This document shows positions 26,987 through 36,565 of a DNA stretch of 64,000 nt, in pieces. The first letter of the stretch is position 1. Each line of letters starts with the position of its first letter. The notes under the pieces were generated by a model that had not been told where the DNA came from, searched no databases, and worked only from the letters and a program-made list of their open reading frames with translations. Position numbers and translations under genes: made by a program. The stretch is from Elusimicrobiota bacterium (GTDB lineage Bacteria; Elusimicrobiota; Elusimicrobia; Elusimicrobiales; UBA9959), in the NCBI GenBank assembly GCA_012517235.1, contig JAAYVI010000037.1, positions 15,411 through 79,410 on the forward strand. Reading direction: 5' to 3'.

Positions 26987-27814
26987 TTATATTGAGGATT
27001 TTTTTATTTTTTCTCTATTTTCCGAAGAGACTGTTTTTTTATTTGTTTTTTTTCTATTGGATTTGCGGTATTTTCTCGGTATTCTTTCCCAATATCTTAT
27101 ATCTCCTATATCCACGTGAACGAATCCCATGGTAGGGTAATATCCTACTCCTCCGGCTTCCAATTTTCTGGCAAAATTCTTTATAGCCCTTGAAGAATAC
27201 CCTTGAATTTTTATATCCGCCGCCCACCCCAACATATGAAGGCTTTGCTTTGCCGCTCCCGGCACTATCTCGTTTAAATCTTTTGTTCTATATCCGCTTA
27301 AAAGTATTATCCCTTTTTTGCCGAACTTGTCTTCAATCGCGTCCAATATTTCGACCAAAAGCTTAGGTGTTTTTATTTCCGCATCCTCCAAAGAACAACG
27401 CATTATATGTTTTATAGACTCAAAAGCCTCTTCTAAATATGCCCCGTCCTTATCCCTGTATGTGACGGTAATACTTTCCCCCGTATCTTTTCTCGTTATA
27501 GTTATATTTCCGTTTCCCCCTAAATTTTTAGGTTCCGGTTCGACTATGGGATAGGTGCTTATGAATATTTCTTCGCCGTATTCTCCGCTGGTTTCCACAA
27601 ATTCTATATCTTGCTCATTATATGTTACCGTGGATAGTTCGCTTTCAAATTCTTCGGTGGATTCCTGCAAATCGAAAGAAGAAGTCGAAGAAGAAACCGA
27701 ATCGGGTTCGAGTGTGGGTAAATCGGAAAGAGACAAAGCCGCATTACCGAGAAAAATCATTTCGGCTTGAGCAAAAGAAGCAAAAAACAAAATTAATGCC
27801 GCTTTTAGAAACAT
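26987..27814 (-). CDS. DUF882/peptidase M15A-family (YcbK-like) secreted protein
   Basis: Signal peptide MFLKAALILFFASFAQA. Metal-ligand motifs SLHMLGWAADI and GFVHVDIG. ATG 27814 is preferred over the track TTG. Confidence 0.75.
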   Translation of the reverse strand: MFLKAALILFFASFAQAEMIFLGNAALSLSDLPTLEPDSVSSSTSSFDLQESTEEFESELSTVTYNEQDIEFVETSGEYGEEIFISTYPIVEPEPKNLGGNGNITITRKDTGESITVTYRDKDGAYLEEAFESIKHIMRCSLEDAEIKTPKLLVEILDAIEDKFGKKGIILLSGYRTKDLNEIVPGAAKQSLHMLGWAADIKIQGYSSRAIKNFARKLEAGGVGYYPTMGFVHVDIGDIRYWERIPRKYRKSNRKKTNKKTVSSENREKIKKSSI

Positions 27815-27865
27815 TATTTTAATTTTAGCAAATAGAAAAGACAAATGCGCAATATTTATTTTTGT

Positions 27866-27942
27866 TGGTCGGGGCGGCCGGATTTGAACCGGCGGCCTTC
27901 CGCTCCCAAAGCGGACGCTCTAGCCAGCTGAGCCACGCCCCG
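27866..27942 (-). tRNA. tRNA-Pro (anticodon TGG), CCA encoded
   Basis: Hand-folded cloverleaf: CGGGGCG/CGCCCCG acceptor, GCTC/GAGC D stem, TCCGC-TTTGGGA-GCGGA anticodon arm, GCCGG-TTCAAAT-CCGGC T arm, then ACCA. Confidence 0.95.
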
Positions 27943-27965
27943 AAAAATTTATAAGAACAAAAAAA

Positions 27966-28433
27966 TCAATACATGAAAATTCTTAAAGTGATATTTGCAA
28001 ATATGCCGGCGGCCATATCGTCCAAAGTGATCCCCAATCCGCCTTTTATGTTTTTATCAAGCCATCTTATGGGCCAGGGTTTTAATCCGTCATATATCCT
28101 GAAAAAAACAAAAGCGATTATCAAATAATTAATTTCCTTAGGTAAAAAGACCAAAGACAGCATATAACCCGCCGTTTCGTCTATTATTATTCTTTGATCG
28201 TCTTGAGTTTTATATAAAGCGGACGCCCCGGATGCGGCCGCAAATGACAAAAAGCAAATTGCCAAAGAAAAAGCGAAATAGATATTATCGTTAAAAGGGA
28301 AAAAATAAACCAAAACAAGACCGAATAATGTTCCTATGGTTCCGCCGCCGTAATACTTGCCGGTTAGCTTATAAGGCAATTTTCCCAAATAAAAATCGGT
28401 GGCTAAAAATTCCCAGATTTTTTGACTATTCAT
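27966..28433 (-). CDS. pgpA: PgpA-family phosphatidylglycerophosphatase A-like lipid phosphatase
   Basis: GGGTIGTLFGL, IIDETAGYM and LKPWPI motifs of the PgpA family. 155 aa, membrane-embedded. Confidence 0.8.
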   Translation of the reverse strand: MNSQKIWEFLATDFYLGKLPYKLTGKYYGGGTIGTLFGLVLVYFFPFNDNIYFAFSLAICFLSFAAASGASALYKTQDDQRIIIDETAGYMLSLVFLPKEINYLIIAFVFFRIYDGLKPWPIRWLDKNIKGGLGITLDDMAAGIFANITLRIFMY

Positions 28434-28476
28434 AAATTAATTATATCAAAGTAGGAGATTAATAAAAAACGAAACC

Positions 28477-29799
28477 TTAGGCCGCCGTATTTTCGTAATA
28501 CTCTTTTCCCAAATGCGTTATCAATGTTTCTCCCATAAGATGTCTTAAGTTATTTTCCAGTTTTTCCAATTGGACGAAAAGATCGTTTTCGGGATAAACT
28601 TCTTTTGCGTGCATCGGACTTTTGAAATAAAAAGAGAGCCACTCCTGTATGCCGGCAAGACCGGCTCTTTTGGCCAAATCCATAAACAATACAAGGTCCA
28701 AAGCTATGGGAGCCGCCAATATCGAATCGCGGCATAAAAAATTTATTTTTATTTGCATAGGATAATTCAGCCATCCGAATATGTCTATATTGTCCCAGCT
28801 TTCTTTATTATCCCCTCTGGGAGGGTAATAATTAATTCTTACCTTATGATAAAGTTCTCCGTACAATTGAGGATATTTTTCCTGTTCCAATATGCTTTCC
28901 AATACGGACAATTTGCTAACCTCTTTTGTTTTAAAAGAGTCGGGGTCGTCCAATACCTCTCCGTCTCTGTTTCCCAAAATATTTGTCGAAAACCAGCCGT
29001 TTACTCCTAACATTCTGGCTTTCATACCGGGCGCTATTATGGTTTTCATAAGAGTCTGACCCGTTTTAAAATCGGCTCCGGCCAAAGGAACGCCTTTCGA
29101 CAAAGACAGAGATATCAAAGCCGGTATATTGCAAGAAAGATTGGGAGCCCCGTTTATAAAAGGCAGCCCTTCCATAATGGAGGAATAAGCGTAAATCATG
29201 GAAGGAGATATGAGAGGATCGTTATTTTTCAGTCCTTTTTCAAACTTTTCCAAAGAAGAATGGACTTCGCTTTCTTCTATGTAAACTTCGGTGGAAGCGC
29301 ACCAAATCATAACGGCTCTGTCTAATTTATTTTTCTTCTTAAAATCTCTGATATCTTTTCTAAGCATTTCGGCCAATTCCATCTTATTTTTGGCTTCCTT
29401 AATCCATGAACCGCTGAGATTTTTGACATATTTTCTGTCAAATACGGCTTTCATAGGTTTATACGAAGAAAGTTCTTTTTTCAATCTTTCTATGTGCGGT
29501 CTGTCCAAAACGGAGGCCTTTTTGGCGGATTCGTAAAGGTTTTCGTTAAAAATATCCCATCCGCCGAATACCAGATCTTCAAGTTCGGACAAGGGAACAA
29601 AATCTTTTATCAAAGGACATCTTTTCTCCGTTCTTTTTCCGAGCCTTATTCTTCCCATTTGAGTAAGAGAACCTATGGGCTTATCTTCTCCTTTTTTTAT
29701 ACCTTCTACTCCGCCGATTATGGTGGTAGTAATCGCTCCGCAAAATCCGGGTATTAAAACTCCGAGTTTTCCTTTGGCGGGTTTTATTTTATTTTTCAT
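28477..29799 (-). CDS. myo-Inositol-1-phosphate synthase
   Basis: About 440 aa. GVLIPGFCGAITTT Rossmann start, WCASTE, FINGAPN and DSILAAPIALDLVLFMDLAKRAG resemble bacterial/archaeal MIPS. The second ATG (29799) has better SD spacing than the track start. Confidence 0.8.
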   Translation of the reverse strand: MKNKIKPAKGKLGVLIPGFCGAITTTIIGGVEGIKKGEDKPIGSLTQMGRIRLGKRTEKRCPLIKDFVPLSELEDLVFGGWDIFNENLYESAKKASVLDRPHIERLKKELSSYKPMKAVFDRKYVKNLSGSWIKEAKNKMELAEMLRKDIRDFKKKNKLDRAVMIWCASTEVYIEESEVHSSLEKFEKGLKNNDPLISPSMIYAYSSIMEGLPFINGAPNLSCNIPALISLSLSKGVPLAGADFKTGQTLMKTIIAPGMKARMLGVNGWFSTNILGNRDGEVLDDPDSFKTKEVSKLSVLESILEQEKYPQLYGELYHKVRINYYPPRGDNKESWDNIDIFGWLNYPMQIKINFLCRDSILAAPIALDLVLFMDLAKRAGLAGIQEWLSFYFKSPMHAKEVYPENDLFVQLEKLENNLRHLMGETLITHLGKEYYENTAA

Positions 29800-30388
29800 T
29801 TCCATCCTCCGTTAAAATTCCGTTCAAAACTTTTCTCGTATACATTATTCTCTGTAAAACCGTAAAATGCGAAATAGCCGCAACTAAAATTATACCTATT
29901 TCGGTTTTGTTTAACAAAACCGACAAGGCTATGACTATAAGTCTTGCAAGTCTATCGCCTATCCCGACAGAACAGCTTTTAATTTCTTTTTCCGCTCTGG
30001 CTCTCGCATAAGGAACGGTCAGAGCGCCTATCATGGCCAGAACGCAATATAGAACTTCAAGGGATTTGCCCTGTACGGAATAAGCGTAAGCAAAAGCCGC
30101 CAGAACCAATCCTTCCGTATATCTGTCTATGACAGAGTCGAAAAAACCGCCGAACTTTGTTATTTGTCCAGTATGCTTGGCCAAAGCGCCGTCTAATACG
30201 TCAAAAATCCAGGTAAAAATAACTATTATTATTCCTTTTTTAAATTCTCCGCGGGCTATATGATAAACCCCAAAAATATTAAGCCCCGCCCCCAAAAGAG
30301 TCAGGTGATTGGGACGCAGAGACAGTTTTTCGAATATCGGAGCTATCGGAATAAAAAGTTTCATTATCAACGGGTCAAGTTTTCTCAT
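29789..30388 (-). CDS. CDP-alcohol phosphatidyltransferase (phosphatidylinositol-phosphate synthase-like)
   Basis: Full signature D-x2-DG-x2-A-K-x8-G-x3-D-x3-D in FDVLDGALAKHTGQITKFGGFFDSVIDRY. 199 aa, about 6 TM. It overlaps both neighbours. Confidence 0.85.
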   Translation of the reverse strand: MRKLDPLIMKLFIPIAPIFEKLSLRPNHLTLLGAGLNIFGVYHIARGEFKKGIIIVIFTWIFDVLDGALAKHTGQITKFGGFFDSVIDRYTEGLVLAAFAYAYSVQGKSLEVLYCVLAMIGALTVPYARARAEKEIKSCSVGIGDRLARLIVIALSVLLNKTEIGIILVAAISHFTVLQRIMYTRKVLNGILTEDGNEK

Positions 30389-32744
30389 TTTTTACCTCAA
30401 TTTTTTCCCAAACGGAAAGCAAAGGCAAAAGAAAAGCCGCGGCGGAAATAAAAGCGCAAAATATTCCCATAACCGAAACCTGTCCTATGCTTTTTAATCC
30501 CTGATGATTTGCCATAAGCAAAGTAGAAAATCCCAGCATCGTAGTTAAAGCGGACATAAAAACCGCCGGACCGGTATGAGTAAGTACAAAATATACCGAG
30601 TTTTTTCCTTCCTGTTTATATCGGCTATAAAAATATTCTCCGTAGTCCAGACCGAGACCGAATATCAAAGGCAGCATAAGAACATTAAAGAAATTCAAAT
30701 CTATGGAAAAAAACAAAAGTCCGCTTAAAAGAAGCAAAAGAGTTACGGCCAGATGCGCGGAAAGAAAAAATAGAGCTTTAAAACTTTTATAAGCCAAAAA
30801 TATCGGAAGCAAAGTTCCGAGAAAAGAAAGAACCATTATTATTTTTCCGTCCTTTTCTATCATCCTTAAAATTTCGGAAAATATCACCGACTCGCTTACC
30901 GGATGAAGGGTTTCGTCGCCCGCGGGCAAGTCTCTTATTTCATCGGAAGCTTTCCTCACCAGCAAGACATCGCTTAAACTTATTTTGGGAAATATGTAAA
31001 CGGCCGTCTTTCCGCTTTCTCCGTAAAACATTCTATATATTTCCTTAGGTAAATTATTTTTTGTAACCTCTTGAGGAGTTAAAAGTTTTTTAACGTCTTC
31101 TATTTTCTTTTTTTGTTCTTCGCCTAAAGAATTTAAAGCGTTATCTTCCAATATTTTTTTAATTTTTTTTAATTCCGATATTTTTTCTTTTTGGTCAAAA
31201 GGCATAAATGTCAAAACGGAAGCATGAGAATCTATGGTAGTATCGGGATTTTTTTCCTTTGAAGACAATAAATCGGAAACCTGTTTTGCCTGATAAAGAG
31301 ATTTTACAAGAACTATATCCGGGGTAAGAGAGGTTCCTATTATATCGTTTACTCTCTTATCCAGAGCGAAAGAAGGTATATTTGAACCCTGTATTTTATT
31401 AAAATCGTATTCGAAAGATAATTTTTTGATATTGGCAAGAGAATAAAAACATAATATGAAAATAAGCGATAACGAAACAAATCTTACTGAGATTTTAGGA
31501 GCCTTTAGAGAAAAAGAGAAAGCCGGCTTATATTTGGGTTCTTTTATTTTTTCAAAGAGTATTATCATCGCCTGATGCAATGTCATGAAAACTATAAAAT
31601 TTATCACTACGCCGGCTCCGGCTATTATGCCGAATTGAGAAAAACCCTTAAACTCTGCTATGGCCAAACTAAAAAAAGAAGAACAGGTAGTCATAGCGGC
31701 TATGAGCAAAGAAGAACCAGCCGTCAAAAAAGACGTTTCCATCGCCGATTCGGAAGAAGCTCCCGAGATTTTTTCCTCCATATACCTGCTGTAAAAAACT
31801 ATTCCGTAATCCATACCTATTCCCATAAGTATGGAAAAGAGAAAACCGCTTATTATATTGAGATATCCGACGGTCAAATACGCAAAAGCCAAAGTTATTA
31901 TTATTCCCAAAAAAAGAGGTATCCCGACCAAAAACGCTCCTCTTATCTGTCTGAAGAAAAAAAACAAAATGAAAGAACCCAAAAGAAGAGAACCCGCTAT
32001 GGTAAATCTTATATCCTTGGTAAGCTGATCGTTCAAATCTATTTGCTTTTTATATCTTCCGGTTAACTCTACGGATAAGTCCTCTCCGTAGGATTTAGGA
32101 TTAAGCGAAGCCGCCAAACTTAGAACATTTTTTTCCAATTCTCTTGAAAACTTCAAATCGCCGGCCAAACCGTTAGGTTTTATCAAAAGAACAAGTTCTT
32201 TACCGTCGGAACTTTCGTAATATTCCCTGAAAACGTCTTTACCTTCGTATTTTTTCTCTATATCCGAAAGATCCAATTTATAGTCTTCCTCGAGCAGATC
32301 TATAAACAAAGGATTTGCTTTCTTTTTTTCAAAATCTATCTTTTTCTCGACCCTTTTTCTTATTTCCCTAAGGTCGTCCAAATCCGCAAATAAAAGCTTT
32401 CTGTCTTCAAAAAACTTCTTCGGCTGCTTCCAATTCACATATTTTACTTGGGGAAGTTTTTCCAATTCTTTGGTAAAAACGTAGGAAAAATTTTTTGCCG
32501 CTTTGGGGTCTTTGGATTTTACCACGGCCACCAAATATCCGGTTCCGCCGAATTCCTTTGTCACTTCGTCCAAAGTAAGAACGCTTTTGAAGGTTTTTGG
32601 AAGTAAAGATTCGAAATTTGCCTCAAATTTTATTTTGACGGCAAAATAAAAAGAGAAAAGCGATATAAAAAAATAAAAAAAGATTATTTTAAGATAATTT
32701 CGGCGCAAAAAAGCATTGTAAGATTTGAAAAATTTATTTTTCAT
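30375..32744 (-). CDS. RND-superfamily transporter of the MMPL/HpnN-like lipid-exporter type
   Basis: 789 aa. Two repeats, each a large soluble loop followed by a block of about 5-6 TM helices (around aa 235-400 and 640-780). There is no AcrB-like periplasmic porter sequence. Confidence 0.7.
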   Translation of the reverse strand: MKNKFFKSYNAFLRRNYLKIIFFYFFISLFSFYFAVKIKFEANFESLLPKTFKSVLTLDEVTKEFGGTGYLVAVVKSKDPKAAKNFSYVFTKELEKLPQVKYVNWKQPKKFFEDRKLLFADLDDLREIRKRVEKKIDFEKKKANPLFIDLLEEDYKLDLSDIEKKYEGKDVFREYYESSDGKELVLLIKPNGLAGDLKFSRELEKNVLSLAASLNPKSYGEDLSVELTGRYKKQIDLNDQLTKDIRFTIAGSLLLGSFILFFFFRQIRGAFLVGIPLFLGIIITLAFAYLTVGYLNIISGFLFSILMGIGMDYGIVFYSRYMEEKISGASSESAMETSFLTAGSSLLIAAMTTCSSFFSLAIAEFKGFSQFGIIAGAGVVINFIVFMTLHQAMIILFEKIKEPKYKPAFSFSLKAPKISVRFVSLSLIFILCFYSLANIKKLSFEYDFNKIQGSNIPSFALDKRVNDIIGTSLTPDIVLVKSLYQAKQVSDLLSSKEKNPDTTIDSHASVLTFMPFDQKEKISELKKIKKILEDNALNSLGEEQKKKIEDVKKLLTPQEVTKNNLPKEIYRMFYGESGKTAVYIFPKISLSDVLLVRKASDEIRDLPAGDETLHPVSESVIFSEILRMIEKDGKIIMVLSFLGTLLPIFLAYKSFKALFFLSAHLAVTLLLLLSGLLFFSIDLNFFNVLMLPLIFGLGLDYGEYFYSRYKQEGKNSVYFVLTHTGPAVFMSALTTMLGFSTLLMANHQGLKSIGQVSVMGIFCAFISAAAFLLPLLSVWEKIEVKNEKT

Positions 32745-34056
32745 CGGCCAATCGATCCAGTCCGCAGTTTTTGGCCAAATCGGCTATAGCCATATTATAA
32801 TCGTAAATAGATTGATAATAATCTTTTTGAGCCTGTGCCCTTGCGGCCAATCCTTCCAGAGCTTCTTTTACGTCTCCGGTACCCAATCCGTAAGTAAGCC
32901 CCGCCGACATAACCCATTTTTCGGCGGCATCCAAAGCCTTTTTCATAGATATCACATTTGCCGCCGCTTCTTTGGCCGTATAGTAAGAATTTTTTACCTG
33001 AAGAGTTATTCCTTCTCTGGCAAAGCGCTCTTTCGCTTTAAGCTGGTCCACTTCGGCTTTTTTTTCGGCAATTTTGGCTTTAAGCGTTTTGGGCGAGAAG
33101 TCGAATTTTGCCCCGACGGCGGCTCCTCCGTATAAATTATTATAATTATCGTTTAACCAGGGATTCTTTTGATCTTTCGCCGTCCAGGCTTTATCGTAAA
33201 CAGCTTCTCCGGCCAAAAAAAACACGGGATACCTGTCGGCCTTTTCGGCTTCCAAAAGAAAAGATTTGGCTTTTATTCCGTCGGATATCATAAACCATTC
33301 CGGTCTTTTCCGGAAAGCCAACGACACGTAATAATCCGCGTCTTTAAGTTCGTAAGGGTCTCTGGCGAGCTTAACGTCTTTTATATCAAAATTCTCGTCT
33401 TCTTTCATTCCCATGGAACGCATAAGAGCCAGACGAGCCATTATGACGCCTTTATCCGCTTCGTTTAAGTATTTTTCCGCCGTTCCCAAATAGAATTTGA
33501 GTTTTTCCAGATCGCTCTTTTTAATTTCTCCGGACCCGCTTTCGTATAACTGCGAAGCTTTTGTCACGGCATCTTCCAAAATTTTTTTTACCTCTTCGAC
33601 CGTTTTTTTAAGAGTTCTTGCCAGCAAAAGAGAGTAATAATATTTTTTAACTTCGTAAGCTATTTCGTTTTCTTTTTGTTTTTTTTCGCTTTTTGCGACT
33701 TTTATTCCGTGTCGAGCGGCGGCGGTATAAGCTTCTATTTTCCCCCACGTATATATCGGCATTTTAAATTCTATTTTACCGTGAATATAAGGTCCCCATG
33801 TGCCGTAATCTCTTTCGTAAGAATATGCGTCTCCCGTAATTTTATACATAGGCGCGGCATAAGTAAGAAAAGAAAATTTCGGATTTGACGCGTCTTCGGC
33901 CTGTTTTTTAGCCGATTCGTACTTTACGGAATTAAGAGAAATTTCCGTTATTTCCGGATTATTTTCGTATGCGTATGAGACGCAATCGTCAATGCCGTAA
34001 TAAGTTTGGGACTGAGCCGAAGAAGCAAATAAAAAAATTAAAACAAGGAAAATCAT
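32734..34056 (-). CDS. TolC-family outer-membrane efflux protein
   Basis: Signal peptide, then YGIDDCVSYAYENNPEI (the typical OEP start), with two coiled-coil/barrel repeats. 440 aa. Confidence 0.8.
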   Translation of the reverse strand: MIFLVLIFLFASSAQSQTYYGIDDCVSYAYENNPEITEISLNSVKYESAKKQAEDASNPKFSFLTYAAPMYKITGDAYSYERDYGTWGPYIHGKIEFKMPIYTWGKIEAYTAAARHGIKVAKSEKKQKENEIAYEVKKYYYSLLLARTLKKTVEEVKKILEDAVTKASQLYESGSGEIKKSDLEKLKFYLGTAEKYLNEADKGVIMARLALMRSMGMKEDENFDIKDVKLARDPYELKDADYYVSLAFRKRPEWFMISDGIKAKSFLLEAEKADRYPVFFLAGEAVYDKAWTAKDQKNPWLNDNYNNLYGGAAVGAKFDFSPKTLKAKIAEKKAEVDQLKAKERFAREGITLQVKNSYYTAKEAAANVISMKKALDAAEKWVMSAGLTYGLGTGDVKEALEGLAARAQAQKDYYQSIYDYNMAIADLAKNCGLDRLADEK

Positions 34057-34682
34057 TTTTTAGTATCCGCGGAATTTAATTTTTTCCTCATTAATTTCAA
34101 CAATTCCTGAAAACCTTTTTCTTTTATTATGGACATATGCTGATTCCTATATATCAACAGCAAACTGTCGCCGTCGGTTATCACATCGTAAATACGCCAA
34201 TTCCCCGACTTATTTTTAAGCAGGAATTTGGTAGAAAGAATAAATTCGTCGTTCGGATACGTTATTCTAACTCCGACTTCCCTGTCTCCGGACGGCATTT
34301 TAGATTCCGAAAGGTACTCTATTTTAAGATCCTTATTGAAATAAGATCCTATCTGAGGATATCCGATTTTTTCGACCAGAGACGAAAGGAGATCGGCATA
34401 TTGAATTTTTTCGCTTTCTTTTAAGGAGCTCCATTTGTTTTTGAGTATCAGCGAAGCCATTTCTTTCAAATCCAGTATCGAACTTATTTTCTCTCTTATT
34501 TTAATTCGAGATTCTTTTTCTTCCTTGGAAATTCCTTTTTCGTTTTCGTCCTTATACTTTTTCGCCGTTTCTATTAAAAGCTTAACGCTATCGGTAGCCG
34601 GGGTTTCGGATTCTTGAGAAAAACAAAAATTAAGAGTCATATTAAACGTCAAAACGATAAGTAATATTTTTTTCTTTGTCAT
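34053..34682 (-). CDS. MlaC/Ttg2D-like periplasmic lipid-binding protein
   Basis: Signal peptide MTKKKILLIVLTFNM..., then ILDLKEMASLILKNKWSSL...NWRIYDVITDGDSLLLIYRNQ, matching the MlaC pattern (W.iyDv.i.G.S). ATG 34682 has GGGAG upstream. Confidence 0.7.
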   Translation of the reverse strand: MTKKKILLIVLTFNMTLNFCFSQESETPATDSVKLLIETAKKYKDENEKGISKEEKESRIKIREKISSILDLKEMASLILKNKWSSLKESEKIQYADLLSSLVEKIGYPQIGSYFNKDLKIEYLSESKMPSGDREVGVRITYPNDEFILSTKFLLKNKSGNWRIYDVITDGDSLLLIYRNQHMSIIKEKGFQELLKLMRKKLNSADTKK

Positions 34683-34751
34683 AATTCCGCTCCCGAATTG
34701 CAAGAACAAGGCTTTATTTTATAATATTATTTTAGCATAATCGGAGGGGCG

Positions 34752-36041
34752 ATGTTTTCTTATTACAAAAGACTTAAAAAGGATTTGGATTTTTGCGCTC
34801 AGGAAGGAATTACAAACAAAGAAACGGCCGATCTTATATACGATAAAATCTATTCAAGAAAAAAAAATCTTCCGGAGGCGTCGCTAATAATAACGATATT
34901 GGGAGCGGTTTTAATAGCCGCGGGAAGCATATTAATAATATCTCACAATTGGAATAAAATATCCGACGTGGTAAAGATATTGTCTTACTTAATTCTATAT
35001 GCCTTGGTCGGAACGGCGGCCATTAAGGCGCAAGAAAATTCGCCCGTAAAAATGAGCGCGGCGATTATATGGTTTTTCATGCCCATAATAGGATTCGGTT
35101 TATACGGACAAATATTTCAAATTTCATCCGACCCTTTAAAACCTTTTATGGCTTGGGCGATAATAAGCGCTCCTTTAGTCTGGTTTTTAGAACAAAAAAA
35201 GTTATTGTTTATTTGGGAAATTCTTTTCTATGGCATTCTGTTTTTCGGATTTTCGAAAAGCAGCTTATTCGAACTTTATTCGAATAAACCATTGGATATC
35301 TATTTTATTCAAACTTTTATTTTTTATTGCGCCTCGTTTTACTTTTTAAAAACGGCCTGGGAAAAGTTTTCTTCCCAAAAATGTCCTTCCAGAATTTTTG
35401 CGGCGGCGATGATTTATCTTTTCTTTTTTTCATATTCGATTATAAGAAACGAAAAATTCTTTTTCTTTTCTCTGTTCTTTGCGGCATCGGCTTTATTCAA
35501 TGCTTGGGAAGAGGAACTACCTCGATTTTATTTTATAGTTTTTTCTTTTCTTTCTTATATTTTTTCCTTCAAAAATTCGTTTACATGGTCTCACGGATAT
35601 ATGCCGGACTTTAACTCGGTTAAAACCTGGCTCGCTTTCCTCGCTTGTCTTTATTCTTTAATTTACTCTTATTACAAATCCGTAAAAATACGAGATAATC
35701 CCGTCGTTTACCCCATATTGGCTCTTTTGGCCTCCGCTTTATTAAGAACATTTTCTTTAATTAACAATTTCTGGATAGTTATTTTCCATAATGTCTTTTT
35801 AATATGGCTTATAATATCTTCCCTTTCCTACGCTTCCAAAACGGGAAACAGAAAACTTATAAATTTCGGCATATTTTTATTTTCATTGCTGCTAATATCG
35901 AGATTTATTGATTTGTTCGGAGAATTGGGATTTATTAAAACGGGAATCGGTTTTATCTTTTGCGGATTATTGCTTATAGCCGCTTCATATTATCTTAATT
36001 TATGGAGAAAAAAACTCATAAATGAAACGGAGAACAGATGA
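34752..36041 (+). CDS. DUF2157-like polytopic membrane protein
   Basis: 429 aa with a soluble N-terminal about 40 aa, then 10 or more TM segments. GGAGGGG RBS. Confidence 0.55.
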   Translation: MFSYYKRLKKDLDFCAQEGITNKETADLIYDKIYSRKKNLPEASLIITILGAVLIAAGSILIISHNWNKISDVVKILSYLILYALVGTAAIKAQENSPVKMSAAIIWFFMPIIGFGLYGQIFQISSDPLKPFMAWAIISAPLVWFLEQKKLLFIWEILFYGILFFGFSKSSLFELYSNKPLDIYFIQTFIFYCASFYFLKTAWEKFSSQKCPSRIFAAAMIYLFFFSYSIIRNEKFFFFSLFFAASALFNAWEEELPRFYFIVFSFLSYIFSFKNSFTWSHGYMPDFNSVKTWLAFLACLYSLIYSYYKSVKIRDNPVVYPILALLASALLRTFSLINNFWIVIFHNVFLIWLIISSLSYASKTGNRKLINFGIFLFSLLLISRFIDLFGELGFIKTGIGFIFCGLLLIAASYYLNLWRKKLINETENR

Positions 36042-36565
36042 AATTAAAAATACTTCTTTTACTTCAATTGATATTTTTTGCCGTCATGGGCGGATGGTTC
36101 TATCTAAACAGAGAAAAATATATAGCCGAATTTTGGCTTGAAACCGTTCCCGCCGATCCCAGGGACTATATTTCGGGCACATATAACGAACTAAGATACG
36201 CTCAAGAGTCTAAAGCGCAAGAGTGTTTATCCGAAATATACGATAAAAAAACATACAAATATTCGGCTTATCTCGAATTCGGTCCCTCGGAAAAAAAATT
36301 CGAACTAAAAGACGGAGGAAGCGGATATTTTTACGAAATTAAGAATTGTTCTTTTGAAAAAAAAGAAGGCAAATATTGGATTCTCACGGATATTTCTTAT
36401 AAAAACTCCAAAATCGTTCCGATTTTTCCTCATAAATTTTTTCTAAACGAAAACGACGAAAGAAAAAATATAAGTTCGGGAAAGGCCGCAGTCAAATTTA
36501 GAATACTAAAAAATAAAAAGTTGGGCTTGATAGATTTAAAAGAAACAAAGAATGAAAATATTTAA
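36038..36565 (+). CDS. GDYXXLXY-domain protein
   Basis: N-terminal TM, then PADPRDYISGTYNELRY, which contains the G.Y..L.Y signature. ATGA overlap with the upstream gene. Confidence 0.65.
   Translation: MKLKILLLLQLIFFAVMGGWFYLNREKYIAEFWLETVPADPRDYISGTYNELRYAQESKAQECLSEIYDKKTYKYSAYLEFGPSEKKFELKDGGSGYFYEIKNCSFEKKEGKYWILTDISYKNSKIVPIFPHKFFLNENDERKNISSGKAAVKFRILKNKKLGLIDLKETKNENI

Noticed and set aside
26900-27942. tRNA-Pro as the attachment site of a mobile island (integrase, direct repeat of the tRNA 3' end).
   Set aside because: There is no integrase, transposase or recombinase ORF anywhere in the window. I could not find a copy of the tRNA 3' end near 20.4-21 kb. Only the compositional shift remains, and that is reported separately.
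28477-30388. Alternative reading of the MIPS plus CDP-alcohol transferase pair as a di-myo-inositol-phosphate (compatible solute) pathway.
   Set aside because: No CTP:inositol-1-phosphate cytidylyltransferase domain is fused or adjacent. The neighbours are a lipid phosphatase (PgpA) and lipid-transport-type proteins, which favours a membrane-lipid product. It is kept as a refutation route in the finding.
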